59,685 bases of DNA from a virus (IMGVR_UViG_3300008110_000055:1-59685), one strand, 5' to 3'; counted from the first letter of the stretch, positions 19,258-30,234 are shown. Program-made: numbers and translations. Notes: generated by a model from the letters alone, not told the origin.

Positions 19258-22200
19258 ATGGCACTTACCTCGTATCAGCGCAGACTAATCTCTCTAGGTC
19301 TAGCCACTCCAGAAGAGTTCGGCGTAGAGAGTAGCGCCGTAGCTCCGCTATCTATCAACGAGTTTCTAGTAGACCCTACCCCGCGCCTGCCTATTGCAGC
19401 TAAGCCTAAGGAAGATATGGGATTGCTGGAGATGGCTGGGCTAATCCCTGAAGCTGCTATTCAGGGTAGACGTGCTGCCGATACGACTGCTGCGGAACTA
19501 GAGAGAGCGCTAGCTGGCTCAGGCAGGGATATAGTAGCTACTGGCAACGTACGTAATCCGCTAAATATTATCGGAGCCTTATACGACGCAGCTACGACTG
19601 AGGCAACACTAGGTGAAGCCTTTGGTGATAGACTGACGTCGGATCGCGAGGAGTTGGCTCAGGCTCGGTTAGAGCAGAACGAAGCTCGGCAGAGAGTAGA
19701 AGCTCTCGGTGAACGCAGTACAACGCTACGTACCGTAGCGGACGCGGCTGGCTCGGCACCAGAGAGCGTGGGCTCGATGGTCGGCGGTATTGCTGGCGGC
19801 GCGCTCGGTACGTTAGCTAAGCCGGGCGGTGGTACTGCTGTTGGCGGCGTCATCGGATCAATGGTCGGCTCTATCCCGATGGTACGCAAGGCGTTCTACG
19901 CATCATGGGACGAGGCTTATCAAGCTGCCCGTCAGGCTGGAATGTCAGAACAAGAGGCATCGTCTCTAGCAGACGAGCAGGCGTTCGAGCAAGCTTCCGT
20001 TGAGTTCGGCGTCGAAGCCGTTACCGGTGCTATCCCCGGCATCAAGATTGGCGGAGGACTGCTAAAGCGTACTGCGCTTAATGCTCTAGGACGTACAACT
20101 GTAGAGGCTGGATCCGAGGCTGTTACTCCGTATGCCCAGAATGCTGTGCGTGCCGGCTCTGCAGCTATCGAAGGAGACGAGAGAGAGGCTGGCGTAATTG
20201 CTGGCATGGTCAAGAACTGGGATAGTCCAGAGCTACGAGAAGAGGCAGTACGTGGCTTTCTAGCTGGCGGTCTAGCCTCAGGCGCTCTGATTACTCCGGT
20301 AACTGCTGCCGAGCAGGCTGCTCAGATTCGCTCAGAGCAGGCACTACAGGCAAAGAAAGATGACCTACGTAATGAAGCTGCTGACGCTTTCCAGACTGCG
20401 CGTACTGATCGTCTTCGTCAGGAGGCTGAGCTTACTCGCGCTACGGAAGCACTTAAGCAGCAGGAGCTAGTCCGCTTCGCGGCTAAGAATGAGAACAACG
20501 CCCGCATCGCTTCCGCGTTCCAGACTGGCAAGGCAGAGCAGCTAGACCTCTTCGGAGGAGATCCAGAGCTAGCCGATGGCGTCGGTGGTGTGATGGAGGC
20601 TGAGTCACGCCTAGCGTCAGAGCGTAGTGTTCAGACTGCTCAGCAAGAAGCTGGCGTACGTGAGCGTCGTGCTCAGCGTGACGCTATCGATCGTGAGATT
20701 ACTACTACGGCTGCTAACGAGCCGGGTAACATCATGGCTAACGCTTTTGCGGCTGCTAACCGTGATCGTAGTATTGCTAATGCGGTAGACCTTCCGGCTC
20801 CTGCTGCTCCGCAGGCTCCGCCTGTAACTCCTGAACCAGAACAGCTATCTCTGCCGATGGTAGACAATCAAGTACGGGATATCGACGAAGCTCGCAAGGC
20901 TGTAGCCGCTAAGCAGGCCAGACAGCAGGCCGGTAAGCAGAGTGCCGTAACTAGACAGGCCGAAGTATCGCGCAAAGAGATGCGCGACTTTGCCGTGCGC
21001 TATCTAGAGCAGAACCCTAACGCTACCGATGATGACGTGCTAGTAGCCCAGAGAGACTGGCGTGCTGGCGAGATTGCTCGCAGGACTGCGGCTGTCCAGC
21101 CAGTAGCTACCCCGGCTCCCGTAGTCTCTAAGCCAGTTAAGCCTGCAGCACCCAAGGTACCTAAGGTAGCAGACGAGGACGGTAACGCTCCTGCTGTATC
21201 GTACGACGATGTACTAGCTCGCCTAGCTAAGCCTACTGACACTCCTGCTGTTACTGAGAAAGTAGCTAAGGTAGTGCCGGAGAAAGCTGCTATCACTGTG
21301 GAAGGTGATACCGAAGAGTTTGACGTGGCTAGGATCAAGGAGCCTGACGTACGCGAAACGGCTAAGCGTAATCCTAACCTACGTAACTTCCTCAAGGGTA
21401 CCGTAGTAGAGCCGGTTATGTATCACGTTACCAGCAAGACTGCTGACATTCGTAACTGGGTAGCTGCTCGTGGACAGATTGGCCCACACCTTAGCACTAA
21501 CTTTGAGGTAGGTACCAAGGCTGCTCGTGGTAGCAACCAAGACAAAAAGACTCTACGCATGGCTGTCAACATCAAGAAGCCGCTGCGTCTACAGGACTAC
21601 GGTAACTGGGGTATCGAGGATGTAGGTCCCCAGCTACGCGACATGAACCTAGTAACTCCGGAACGTCTAGCTCAGGCTGAGGCGGAGGTTGCTGCTATCC
21701 GCGAAGAGTACGAATCCCTAGACTTCAGCACACCGTTTTCCGAGAACAGGATGATGGAGCTAGAGGCTAAGGAGAATGAAGTAGTACGCGAGCTGATCCG
21801 CGAGACTGGGCACGATGGCGTTATGTACGTCAATCGTTTCGAGATCCCCGGACTAGATGACACTGAGAAGCAGTCACGCCTAACAGCGCGCGGTAAGCCT
21901 CGCGGTGCTGATCTAGTTATGCCTGACGCTGAGTTCGCTGACATCTTCCCTGAGGTGGATGTGTCTGTCATGGCTCTAGACTCTAACCAAGTCAAGAACA
22001 TCGACGAGAACACTGGGGAGTTTAACCCGGCTAACTCTGACGTTAAGGCTGCTGTAACTACAGGAGAGATTGCCGAGACGTACGGAGAAGATGCTGCTAA
22101 CCTAATAGACGACTACAACAATGCTCGCGGTCCTAAGCAACGAGTACAGGCTCTATTCGATTACCTAGAGGTAGCGTCGCGTACTGGTCGCGAGAACGCG

Positions 22201-25200
22201 ATCGTTCGTACTCTACTGCCGATCATGAAGAAGTATCAGGGTCTAGTACCTGACATTCAGATCGACACGGCTAAGAAGTACGTTAAGACTCAGAGCGGAC
22301 TAGAGACGCTAGGTTATTACAACCCGAACAACGGTAAGCTGCGCTTTGGTATGGGCGGCATTACTCCACGCATCGTAGCTCACGAAATCCTACACGCTCT
22401 TACTTGGGTAAGACTTCGTGACAAGGCTGCGGTCAAGACGGACAAGCAGCTAGCTGCCGCTGTTGCTCAGATCAGCGAGGTACGTAACAGCTTCCAGCAG
22501 TGGTACGATACCAAGGGTAAGCAGGAGCTAAAGCGTAATCCAGACTCCCCGCTCAGCAGAATCATCTCTCCGCGTAACGGCGGCTTGGTGGATCAGGCTG
22601 GTAAGGTAGACGTGGATGAGATCGTAACCTACGGTCTAACGGACAAGAACATTCAGGATGTACTACGTAGCCTGCCGGCCCGTGGTACGCTCGGCAACGT
22701 CTACCGTAAGCTAGTCAACCTAGTCCGCAATGCTCTAGGCATGGCTGACTCTAAGAAGAACATGGACGCGCTTGAGTCGCTACTTGAAGCTACGGCTACG
22801 GCTATTGATACCACTACTACGGACAATCGTAGCGAAGTGCTGGCTGATTTTTCTGATTCTACCGTAGACGAAGTAGCTACGCAGGCTAGAGAAGTAGCGG
22901 CTGCCGCGACTGGCGGACTAGATAAGACTACCCTGATGGATAGGCTGTCTGTATCTACCAACGCTCTTGAGCGTGCTCAGGAAGTTATGCAGGGCAAGCG
23001 CGATCCTAGCTCGCTTAAGGCTAAGGTTGCTGACTTCTTCCTGCCTAAGAATGCGGGAGTAGAGTCTCTGCGTCAGGCTATCGAGACGGCTAAGGGACGC
23101 GAGGTAGCGCTAGAGTATATCATCTTAGGTCAGACTGCCGACGAACAGATCATCGCTAACAACGAAGAGCTAGCTAAGACTCTCATCAAGCCGGGCATCT
23201 CTCCGGAGGACTACGCAAAGGCTGAGGCTAAGATCAAGCAGGAGAACCCAGAGCTGTTTGGCGCTCTAGTCAACATGCGCGAAGAGTTCAAGAAGAACAG
23301 CCTACAGATCGTAAAGGAGCTGTACGAGTCTTCACGCGTAGAGAACGGTGAGTTCAAGCCTAGCCCTGCGGTAGTACGACAGATCAACGCTATCATGGCT
23401 AACCTAGATAACTACTGGACTACGGCCTATCAGGTACACAACCCCAAGGAGCGTAAGCAGTGGCAAGAGCTGGTCCGTGGTACCGACAAGGGTAAGCAGA
23501 TCCTACAGGATGCTACGGAATTCCTACGCAACGACCTGACTAACTTCGAGCTGGACAAGCTTGAGAAGATGCCGCGTGCTCGCCTTGAGCGCATTCACGC
23601 TGCTTGGATCGGAGAGGCTGGAGTTAGCACTCTCAAGAAGGATGAGCTAGTATCAGCTCTTCGCTCCTTCTTCGCAGGGTCTGATCCGCGCAACTCTGAG
23701 GCTGCAGAAGCTACCGTCACTACGGCTATTCAGGATCTACTACGTGAGACCCGTGGTGTAGACAGGCTTACCAAGTACTTCTCACAGAACCGTGTAGGAC
23801 TCGGCGTGCTCAAGGAGCGTGTCGATGTGCCTGCTCCTATCGCTGCGCTGATGGGCAAGATCGAAGATCCTCTCACGGTAATCTATAACACCCAGCTAGC
23901 TCAGGGCCTACTGCTTGAGCAGCTACGCTTTGCGCGTCAGCTAAAGCAGGACTACACTGGCAAGTACTTCTTCAATTCCAAGAGCGACGCTACTGCCGCT
24001 GGGGTTACGAACGCTACCGAGCTACGCGGTCCGTCAATGGGCGCACTGAATGGAATGTGGACTTCGCCCGAAGCTGCGCAGATGTTTGCCAACGACTCTG
24101 AGACTAGACATCCTCTAGTCGAGTTGATGTCGAACACTCTCGGCAAGTACGCCAGCGTCTTCAAGTTTACCAACCTCGTACTCAATCCGCTACTGATGCT
24201 CTACAACGGCGTCGGTTCTTTCAGCATGGCTATGGCTAACGGCGTAGGTCCTTCTTACATGAGTAAGATTATCCCCGCTGTAATCGGTACTACGGCTGCT
24301 AACCTAGAGGCACTCAAGACTGGTAAGTTTAACCAGCAGACGTACGACATGTACCGCAACATGCTGGCCGATACTCCGATTGCGGAGGCTATGCGTCGTC
24401 GTCCGCTAGAGCAGGCGGTAGAAAACCTACGCTCGGCTGGCGCTATGCCGGATAGCTCAACGTGGGAGCGCGTGAGCAAGACTGCCGGTGATAGCTATAG
24501 TGCCCTGTGGACTATCTACTCGGGTATGGACCTAGGCGCTAAGCTAGTAGTGTACTACAAGCAGCTAGATGTTCTTACTGAAGTAAACGATAACCTGCCG
24601 CAGGAGCTACGCCTAACGGAAGACCAGCTATCAGAACGTGCCGCTGCGCGTACTCGTCAGACTACGTTCTCGTACGAGCTGGCTGCTTCTCTAGTCCGTG
24701 ACCTAGATCGTACCGGTATCTTTGTATTCGCTACCTACCAGTACGAGACGTTCCGCTCGCTGCTAATGTCGGGCTACAGAGCTGCTGACGATATCCGCCT
24801 AGCTGATACTCTGGCTAACGAGGGTCACACTGCTGCGGCTAACGTTCTCCGGGGGCACGCTGCTGGACGTAGCATCGGTATCGCTGCTGCCATGAGCAAT
24901 CAGTACCTAGCCAACAAGCTAGCTCTAGCCGCGTTCATGGGCTTTGCCTCAATGATCGGCTACGGTCTAGATGAAGGAGACGAGGAGGAGCGTAAGAAGG
25001 TAGAAGACGCCTACCGTATGTCCAACAGTTTCGTCATGAACAAGGACGTACGTGTAGTAGGTAAGGCTCCTGATGGTTCATACCTGATGGTAGACGTAGG
25101 CCGAGTAACGGATCCCTACGGTCCGATGACGGAGCTTATGGGTGCGATCGGGTCTGGTGATACTGAGCGCATTGCCGCGGCTACTGCTGCTCTAGTCTCG

Positions 25201-25938
25201 CTCAATCCGCTACTCAAGGATTCGGCCAAGATGATTACCGGTCAGAGCCGTGTGCCTACTGCTATCCGCAACGATCCAGAAGCGGACGCGGGCTATAAGG
25301 CTGCCGGACTGAACGACAACTTCATCAACTTTGCTGCTGGCTCGTTCTTGACTGCGAGCGGTATGCTCAAGCAGCCGATCGTCGAAGCGTCTAAGTTTAC
25401 CGGCCTACTAGAGGAAGTGGATGTAGTGCCGGAGGAGGCTGTCGTAGAGCACTGGGCTGTAGAGATGGCTACTAACAATCTCATTAAGATGCAGAGATTC
25501 GACCCACTTAAGAGTATCAATCTCCTACAGCAGCAGGATCTACGTACTGCTAAGCGCGACCTTAACGACGTGGTAGCTGCGTCAGCTACGCTGGATATGG
25601 ATAACATTCGTAGCCAGTACCTAGACGTACGCTCTCAGGAAGTCGAGGGACTCAAGGAGTACGTAGCTCTGGCCGAGATCGCTAGGATTTCTGGCAAGAC
25701 TCCGGAGGAGATCGCTGCTGCTCTAAAGGAAACTAGCCTATCACGCGGGCAGCAGACCTATGTCCTCAGCCCGAGAGCTGTAAACTTTAGCTCGTCCGTG
25801 TTGTCTGAATCTACCATTAAGCAGCTAGAACAGGACGAGATGGCGAAGGCAGATACCCACCAGCGCCGTGTCCAGATTGCTAACAAATACCGAGAGCTTC
25901 GCCGCGAGCTTAACAAGATCGACAGGGAGAACCGTTAA
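19258..25938 (+). CDS. Giant polyvalent internal virion protein with ART-like and zincin HExxH domains
   Basis: 2226 aa; Gly-rich hydrophobic N-region; YHVT...GPHLST...VNIKKPL...GHDGV...NQVK (~21415-21996); GYYNP...AHEILH (~22312-22395). Confidence 0.75.
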   Translation: MALTSYQRRLISLGLATPEEFGVESSAVAPLSINEFLVDPTPRLPIAAKPKEDMGLLEMAGLIPEAAIQGRRAADTTAAELERALAGSGRDIVATGNVRNPLNIIGALYDAATTEATLGEAFGDRLTSDREELAQARLEQNEARQRVEALGERSTTLRTVADAAGSAPESVGSMVGGIAGGALGTLAKPGGGTAVGGVIGSMVGSIPMVRKAFYASWDEAYQAARQAGMSEQEASSLADEQAFEQASVEFGVEAVTGAIPGIKIGGGLLKRTALNALGRTTVEAGSEAVTPYAQNAVRAGSAAIEGDEREAGVIAGMVKNWDSPELREEAVRGFLAGGLASGALITPVTAAEQAAQIRSEQALQAKKDDLRNEAADAFQTARTDRLRQEAELTRATEALKQQELVRFAAKNENNARIASAFQTGKAEQLDLFGGDPELADGVGGVMEAESRLASERSVQTAQQEAGVRERRAQRDAIDREITTTAANEPGNIMANAFAAANRDRSIANAVDLPAPAAPQAPPVTPEPEQLSLPMVDNQVRDIDEARKAVAAKQARQQAGKQSAVTRQAEVSRKEMRDFAVRYLEQNPNATDDDVLVAQRDWRAGEIARRTAAVQPVATPAPVVSKPVKPAAPKVPKVADEDGNAPAVSYDDVLARLAKPTDTPAVTEKVAKVVPEKAAITVEGDTEEFDVARIKEPDVRETAKRNPNLRNFLKGTVVEPVMYHVTSKTADIRNWVAARGQIGPHLSTNFEVGTKAARGSNQDKKTLRMAVNIKKPLRLQDYGNWGIEDVGPQLRDMNLVTPERLAQAEAEVAAIREEYESLDFSTPFSENRMMELEAKENEVVRELIRETGHDGVMYVNRFEIPGLDDTEKQSRLTARGKPRGADLVMPDAEFADIFPEVDVSVMALDSNQVKNIDENTGEFNPANSDVKAAVTTGEIAETYGEDAANLIDDYNNARGPKQRVQALFDYLEVASRTGRENAIVRTLLPIMKKYQGLVPDIQIDTAKKYVKTQSGLETLGYYNPNNGKLRFGMGGITPRIVAHEILHALTWVRLRDKAAVKTDKQLAAAVAQISEVRNSFQQWYDTKGKQELKRNPDSPLSRIISPRNGGLVDQAGKVDVDEIVTYGLTDKNIQDVLRSLPARGTLGNVYRKLVNLVRNALGMADSKKNMDALESLLEATATAIDTTTTDNRSEVLADFSDSTVDEVATQAREVAAAATGGLDKTTLMDRLSVSTNALERAQEVMQGKRDPSSLKAKVADFFLPKNAGVESLRQAIETAKGREVALEYIILGQTADEQIIANNEELAKTLIKPGISPEDYAKAEAKIKQENPELFGALVNMREEFKKNSLQIVKELYESSRVENGEFKPSPAVVRQINAIMANLDNYWTTAYQVHNPKERKQWQELVRGTDKGKQILQDATEFLRNDLTNFELDKLEKMPRARLERIHAAWIGEAGVSTLKKDELVSALRSFFAGSDPRNSEAAEATVTTAIQDLLRETRGVDRLTKYFSQNRVGLGVLKERVDVPAPIAALMGKIEDPLTVIYNTQLAQGLLLEQLRFARQLKQDYTGKYFFNSKSDATAAGVTNATELRGPSMGALNGMWTSPEAAQMFANDSETRHPLVELMSNTLGKYASVFKFTNLVLNPLLMLYNGVGSFSMAMANGVGPSYMSKIIPAVIGTTAANLEALKTGKFNQQTYDMYRNMLADTPIAEAMRRRPLEQAVENLRSAGAMPDSSTWERVSKTAGDSYSALWTIYSGMDLGAKLVVYYKQLDVLTEVNDNLPQELRLTEDQLSERAAARTRQTTFSYELAASLVRDLDRTGIFVFATYQYETFRSLLMSGYRAADDIRLADTLANEGHTAAANVLRGHAAGRSIGIAAAMSNQYLANKLALAAFMGFASMIGYGLDEGDEEERKKVEDAYRMSNSFVMNKDVRVVGKAPDGSYLMVDVGRVTDPYGPMTELMGAIGSGDTERIAAATAALVSLNPLLKDSAKMITGQSRVPTAIRNDPEADAGYKAAGLNDNFINFAAGSFLTASGMLKQPIVEASKFTGLLEEVDVVPEEAVVEHWAVEMATNNLIKMQRFDPLKSINLLQQQDLRTAKRDLNDVVAASATLDMDNIRSQYLDVRSQEVEGLKEYVALAEIARISGKTPEEIAAALKETSLSRGQQTYVLSPRAVNFSSSVLSESTIKQLEQDEMAKADTHQRRVQIANKYRELRRELNKIDRENR

Positions 25939-25940
25939 TC

Positions 25941-27155
25941 ATGCTACCACAGTTCAACAACCAGAACACGCCGGTTACTCCTAACAACGGCAATCCGAAT
26001 ACCATCTACAACAAGCCTCGCGCTACTGAGTATTCTGGGTACATTACTCCTGTAGGCTACCTTCCGGGTGAGGAGGCGCTAGATCCGGTGTATGAGCCTA
26101 CTGCTAGCGTTCAGCCTACGTTCGCTCCCATGGACAAGAATCCTAGAAGTGCTGGTCCGGTCGTGCCTGAGACCATGCTACCTAACTACGGCATGCTACA
26201 GCCTCAGCAGGAGGTTAAGCCTGTACGCGGTTCTGACGATAACTACCGTGGCCCTATGCCTAGCGACGCTGTTCCTATGCCTAAGCCACGTCCCATTTCC
26301 GTAGGGGATAGTGGCCCTGTAGCGCCTGTAATCAGCGGTCCGAGTATTCCGGGAAGCCCGTCAACGGCTACTCCCGTAGTCACGCCAGAGTCGGTAAGTG
26401 CTCCTGACAATCGTACCACTATGGGTCAGTGGCTACCGCGTTTCGCTATCGATCCGTCCGTACTAGGTACGCAGTTCGGGTCTAGTGGTAACTCCTCACT
26501 AGACTACTGGAGACAGCGCTTAGGGCAGATCAGGTCAGGGGGCACGCAGCCGCAGGATCCCGGAACTACACCCGGTCCTGGTACAGGCGGCGGAGCTACA
26601 GGTCCTATTGCTCAGCCTAACCAGCCGGCTGATCCTATCACTCCGGTCATCCGTCCGCCTAATGACTCAGCCACACCGGGCATCATCGGCGTAGATCCTC
26701 AGTTCAACACCGGGCAGTTTGGCCTAGGTGCTGGTCTAGGTCTAGCTAACTTTAGTACTGTAGCCTCTGCTATCTTCCCGAACGATCCGTCACGTTCCAG
26801 ACAGGCGGCTGATACTCTAGCGCGTACGTATCCTCTGATGGACGCAGCTCAGCGCGCAGAGGTAGAGGAGTTGGACAATCCGAGCACTCCTCCGGAACGT
26901 CGTCGTAGTATCCTACAGCGCGTGGGCGACTTCCTCAAGAGAGAGTGGGAGAAGGAAAAGGCGAACTGGTCAGAGAATCCTATGAGAGAACTTATCAACA
27001 CCTTTGTTCCGGGTGTAGGTACAGCTATCCAAGCTGGCGTAGATATCTTCCGCCCTGACGTAGATCCTATGATCCGCGAAGGCATGGTTACTGTAGGAAG
27101 AACTACACAGACCAACACCGGAGACCGTTCAGCAGAGCGCGCTAGCCCGAGGTAA
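25941..27155 (+). CDS. Pro/Gly-rich, probably disordered virion-module protein
   Basis: Composition; coupled to the giant protein gene. Confidence 0.6.
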   Translation: MLPQFNNQNTPVTPNNGNPNTIYNKPRATEYSGYITPVGYLPGEEALDPVYEPTASVQPTFAPMDKNPRSAGPVVPETMLPNYGMLQPQQEVKPVRGSDDNYRGPMPSDAVPMPKPRPISVGDSGPVAPVISGPSIPGSPSTATPVVTPESVSAPDNRTTMGQWLPRFAIDPSVLGTQFGSSGNSSLDYWRQRLGQIRSGGTQPQDPGTTPGPGTGGGATGPIAQPNQPADPITPVIRPPNDSATPGIIGVDPQFNTGQFGLGAGLGLANFSTVASAIFPNDPSRSRQAADTLARTYPLMDAAQRAEVEELDNPSTPPERRRSILQRVGDFLKREWEKEKANWSENPMRELINTFVPGVGTAIQAGVDIFRPDVDPMIREGMVTVGRTTQTNTGDRSAERASPR

Positions 27156-27163
27156 CTACTAGT

Positions 27164-27364
27164 ATGAGCACTGAAGACCTGTACAAGGTAGTTCGCTCTG
27201 GCAACCCTGACGTTGAGCGAACGCAGCTAAACAAGATCCTTGCCCGCCTAGCAGAGCTAGCAGCTCAGGGCGGGAGCGGAGGCACTAGTCTGGATATTGA
27301 TGGTGGCGATGCGTTCACGACGTTTTCTGATACAAGTCCTGTGATCGACGGAGGAGGAGCTTAA
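27164..27364 (+). CDS. Small fibre-module protein with IDGG motifs
   Basis: Two IDGG motifs typical of fibre adapter proteins. Confidence 0.6.
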   Translation: MSTEDLYKVVRSGNPDVERTQLNKILARLAELAAQGGSGGTSLDIDGGDAFTTFSDTSPVIDGGGA

Positions 27365-27365
27365 C

Positions 27366-28037
27366 ATGGCAACCAAGTTCCGCCTCAGGCGAGATACTGT
27401 GGCTAACTGGACTTCTGCTAATCCAGTGCTGATGGACGGAGAGATTGCCATTGAGATGGGATCTCCTCGTAAGTGGAAGGTAGGCGACGGTGTTACTGCG
27501 TGGAACAGTCTGCCGTATGGATTTGCAGGAGACCCCGGGCCTACCGGGCCTGCCGGTCCGACAGGAGCTACCGGTCCGCAAGGACCTCAGGGCGTCGCTG
27601 GTCCAGCGGGACCTACTGGAGCTACGGGTCCAGCGGGAGCTACGGGAGCGCAAGGTCCTCAAGGTGTAGCGGGTCCTACAGGTCCTCAGGGACCACAAGG
27701 CTTAACCGGGCCAGAGGGTCCGCAAGGTCCGCAGGGAATCCAAGGTCCCCCGGGCGAAGGCGGTGGTACCACTATTCTCAAGGGACAAGTTACTCTGACG
27801 CTAGGTAATGGCAAAGGAACCCTAGCGCACACCCAGACGTTCTCAGCTACCGGCGTCACTAGCTCTATGCACGTAGACGTAAGACTAGCGGGAGTAGGTT
27901 CTACCGAAGAGAACGAACCAGAGCTACTAGATCTTGTGTCACTGTGGGCAGTACCATCAACAGATTCAATTGAAGTAGGCGTAACGTTTTCAACCCTAAC
28001 CTCCGGCCCTGTGCTGGTTAACTGGAGCGCATTCTAA
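27366..28037 (+). CDS. Collagen-like fibre protein with Mtd/hyaluronidase-type N-terminal domain
   Basis: LRRDT.ANW...NPVL..GE...KVGDG...WNSLPY N-terminus; about 25 Gly-X-Y triplets (~27528-27760). Confidence 0.85.
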   Translation: MATKFRLRRDTVANWTSANPVLMDGEIAIEMGSPRKWKVGDGVTAWNSLPYGFAGDPGPTGPAGPTGATGPQGPQGVAGPAGPTGATGPAGATGAQGPQGVAGPTGPQGPQGLTGPEGPQGPQGIQGPPGEGGGTTILKGQVTLTLGNGKGTLAHTQTFSATGVTSSMHVDVRLAGVGSTEENEPELLDLVSLWAVPSTDSIEVGVTFSTLTSGPVLVNWSAF

Positions 28038-28783
28038 TGGCAAAGCTATCAACTAACAGAAAGCTGGGAACCCAGCATCCTAGAGAGAACTTCCTAGTTA
28101 CTGGATCTCTTGCATCAGTCAACGCAGAACTACTACTGGACGTAGATGGATGCTCTACTTTCACTCTCGATACTCGCGGTACTTTCGTAGGTACAGTAGT
28201 ACTTGAGGGTACTATTGATGGTACTAACTGGCAGGCAATCCCGGTAAAGCCTATGAACGCGGCGTCCGTGCTGCTTCAGCTAAACGTAACCACTGCTGGT
28301 ACATTCATGGGAGAGTGCGTAGGCTTTGATCGTGTTCGCGTACGTATGACTGCATACACTTCAGGCGCTGCTATCACTACGCTGCTAGCTGTCAATGGCA
28401 TCCTACCTACTGTTCTCGACTCTCGCCTAACCGCAAGCGTAGGTACTTCAGTAGGCGCTGCCGGCGCTGCAGTCACTCTGACCCTAGCTTCTCCGGGAGC
28501 AGGCTTGCGCCACTACCTAACGTATCTGTCTGTCAATAGGTTCGCTACCGCAGCTCTTACCGCTGCTGCCACTCCTGTGACTATCACGACTACCAATCTT
28601 CCCGGCTCCCTAGCATTCTCGTTCCCTGCTGAAGCGGCGCTACAAGGTACCATTGATCGCTGGCGTGAGGACTTTGCTTTCCCGATCGCAGCCTCGGCTC
28701 AGAACACGGCTACTACTATCGTGTGTCCTGCAACTACCGGCGTGATCTGGCGCGCAACTGCTGGCTTCTACGTGGCTCCATAA
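28037..28783 (+). CDS. Fibre/receptor-binding-associated protein
   Basis: TAATG coupling; GTF.GTV.LEGT.DGTNW motif; Thr/Ala-rich. Confidence 0.55.
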   Translation: MAKLSTNRKLGTQHPRENFLVTGSLASVNAELLLDVDGCSTFTLDTRGTFVGTVVLEGTIDGTNWQAIPVKPMNAASVLLQLNVTTAGTFMGECVGFDRVRVRMTAYTSGAAITTLLAVNGILPTVLDSRLTASVGTSVGAAGAAVTLTLASPGAGLRHYLTYLSVNRFATAALTAAATPVTITTTNLPGSLAFSFPAEAALQGTIDRWREDFAFPIAASAQNTATTIVCPATTGVIWRATAGFYVAP

Positions 28784-28785
28784 CT

Positions 28786-29088
28786 ATGACGTGGGATACT
28801 AGACCTAAGAGCCAGAAGAAGGGCGATGCGCTCAGTCAACTGCTGAATGCTTGGTTCTTTAATGGCAACCCTGACGAGTCGCTGTCGGGCCGTAGCTACT
28901 TCGAGACGGAGATAGCCTACAAAGAAGGACGCCCAGTGCGTACTGTCTGGAGAGTAGTTCGCTTCCTAGCGGAAGTCCTGTTCTACTACCGAGATCGCGG
29001 GGATCACACCCGCCTAGCGTTTATCGAAGACATCGAGCGGGCAGGAGTAAGATACGAAGCCACGTTTAAGTACATCAACTACGTGTAA
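28786..29088 (+). CDS. Hypothetical protein
   Basis: SQLLNA...G.PDESLSGR motif seen in small phage proteins; start set at MTWD. Confidence 0.55.
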   Translation: MTWDTRPKSQKKGDALSQLLNAWFFNGNPDESLSGRSYFETEIAYKEGRPVRTVWRVVRFLAEVLFYYRDRGDHTRLAFIEDIERAGVRYEATFKYINYV

Positions 29089-29105
29089 AAAGGGAGCGTC
29101 AAGCA

Positions 29106-29453
29106 ATGTCTATTGGACTATCAGAGGAGAAGACCTTATACCTACTAACTGAACAGTTTAGCAATCTACGCCAAGAGCTAGCTCACGCCCGAGACTCTTA
29201 CGCCGACTTGCTAGAAAAGGTTAGTGCTCAGTCAGTACTGCTAGCGTCGCTGGCTGAGAGAATCGACGCTAACAATCGTCTACTAGACGAGCGTAAGAAG
29301 ACCGATCACAGTAGGATCAAGGATCTAGAGGACGACTGCACTAAGCTGTACGATAGGGTCGAGAGTCTAGAGAGATTCAGATGGAAGGCTGCAGGTGCTC
29401 TGACTGTCCTAGTCGTAATGTGGGAAGTACTACGAGATAAGATCGGACTATAA
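29106..29453 (+). CDS. Coiled-coil protein with C-terminal TM (lysis-module, hemolysin/holin-like)
   Basis: RVESLERFRWK followed by a hydrophobic helix. Confidence 0.55.
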   Translation: MSIGLSEEKTLYLLTEQFSNLRQELAHARDSYADLLEKVSAQSVLLASLAERIDANNRLLDERKKTDHSRIKDLEDDCTKLYDRVESLERFRWKAAGALTVLVVMWEVLRDKIGL

Positions 29454-29828
29454 ATGGATATCAACATTCTAGTTACCCACCCGTTCCTAATGCTATGGGC
29501 AGGACAGTTTCTCCACATCCTGAAGAAGGTGAAGGAACTAGAAGAACGTAACCCTAGGATCACAATTAGGAAGTACGTTAAGCGTCACTCTTATGGAGTT
29601 ATGTTCTCCCTGATCGGCGGCTTGGTAGCATATGCCATGCTATTTGAGATGGGAGAACTCTCCGCTGTTTCTGCTTTCATGGCTGGCTACATGTCAGACA
29701 GCCTAATCGACGCGGCTGCTAGCCGTGTCAAGCGCAAGGTATCTGGCGATGCTGGGTACTACGACTACGAGGATACTCCTTATGATCCAAGACCTAGTAA
29801 TCCCCCCGTCCGTGACGAAGACCTTTAA
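29454..29828 (+). CDS. Putative holin
   Basis: Two to three hydrophobic helices, AFMAGY motif, charged C-tail, upstream of spanins. Confidence 0.6.
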   Translation: MDINILVTHPFLMLWAGQFLHILKKVKELEERNPRITIRKYVKRHSYGVMFSLIGGLVAYAMLFEMGELSAVSAFMAGYMSDSLIDAAASRVKRKVSGDAGYYDYEDTPYDPRPSNPPVRDEDL

Positions 29829-30234
29829 GCTGATTGGCTACGGCCTAGTCCTAGCCCTGCTAATCGGAACGCACACGGCGGTATACATGAAGGGAAGAGC
29901 TGACGTAGAAGAGAAGTACGCCAGCGAAACTATCGAACAGTTAGAGGAAGACATCACGGATAACGCTGAGCGCATCGAGCGACAGGTAACTACTCTGTCG
30001 AACGAGCTAGCTGCTAGCCGTGACCAGAACCGTAAACTACAAGAGGCTATCGATGCGAACCAAACTGTTAACACTAATCCTGCTTGCGATCTTAGCGACG
30101 ATGAGTTCCGGCTGTTCAATGATGCCGTCTCCGAAACCCAACGTGGTGTGCCCAGCGGTGGTATTGGAGCCCTGCTCTCCACTAAACCCTCTAAGGAATC
30201 CGAGCGCGGGGGAGCTGAAGACGAGATCGAATGA
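29782..30234 (+). CDS. rz: Inner-membrane spanin (Rz-like)
   Basis: N-terminal TM followed by a coiled coil and a late Cys; overlaps a lipoprotein gene. Confidence 0.7.
   Translation: MIQDLVIPPSVTKTFKLIGYGLVLALLIGTHTAVYMKGRADVEEKYASETIEQLEEDITDNAERIERQVTTLSNELAASRDQNRKLQEAIDANQTVNTNPACDLSDDEFRLFNDAVSETQRGVPSGGIGALLSTKPSKESERGGAEDEIE

Noticed and set aside
27366-28783. Diversity-generating retroelement suggested by the Mtd-like N-terminus
   Set aside because: No reverse transcriptase and no template/variable repeat pair seen; the local repeats are collagen codons
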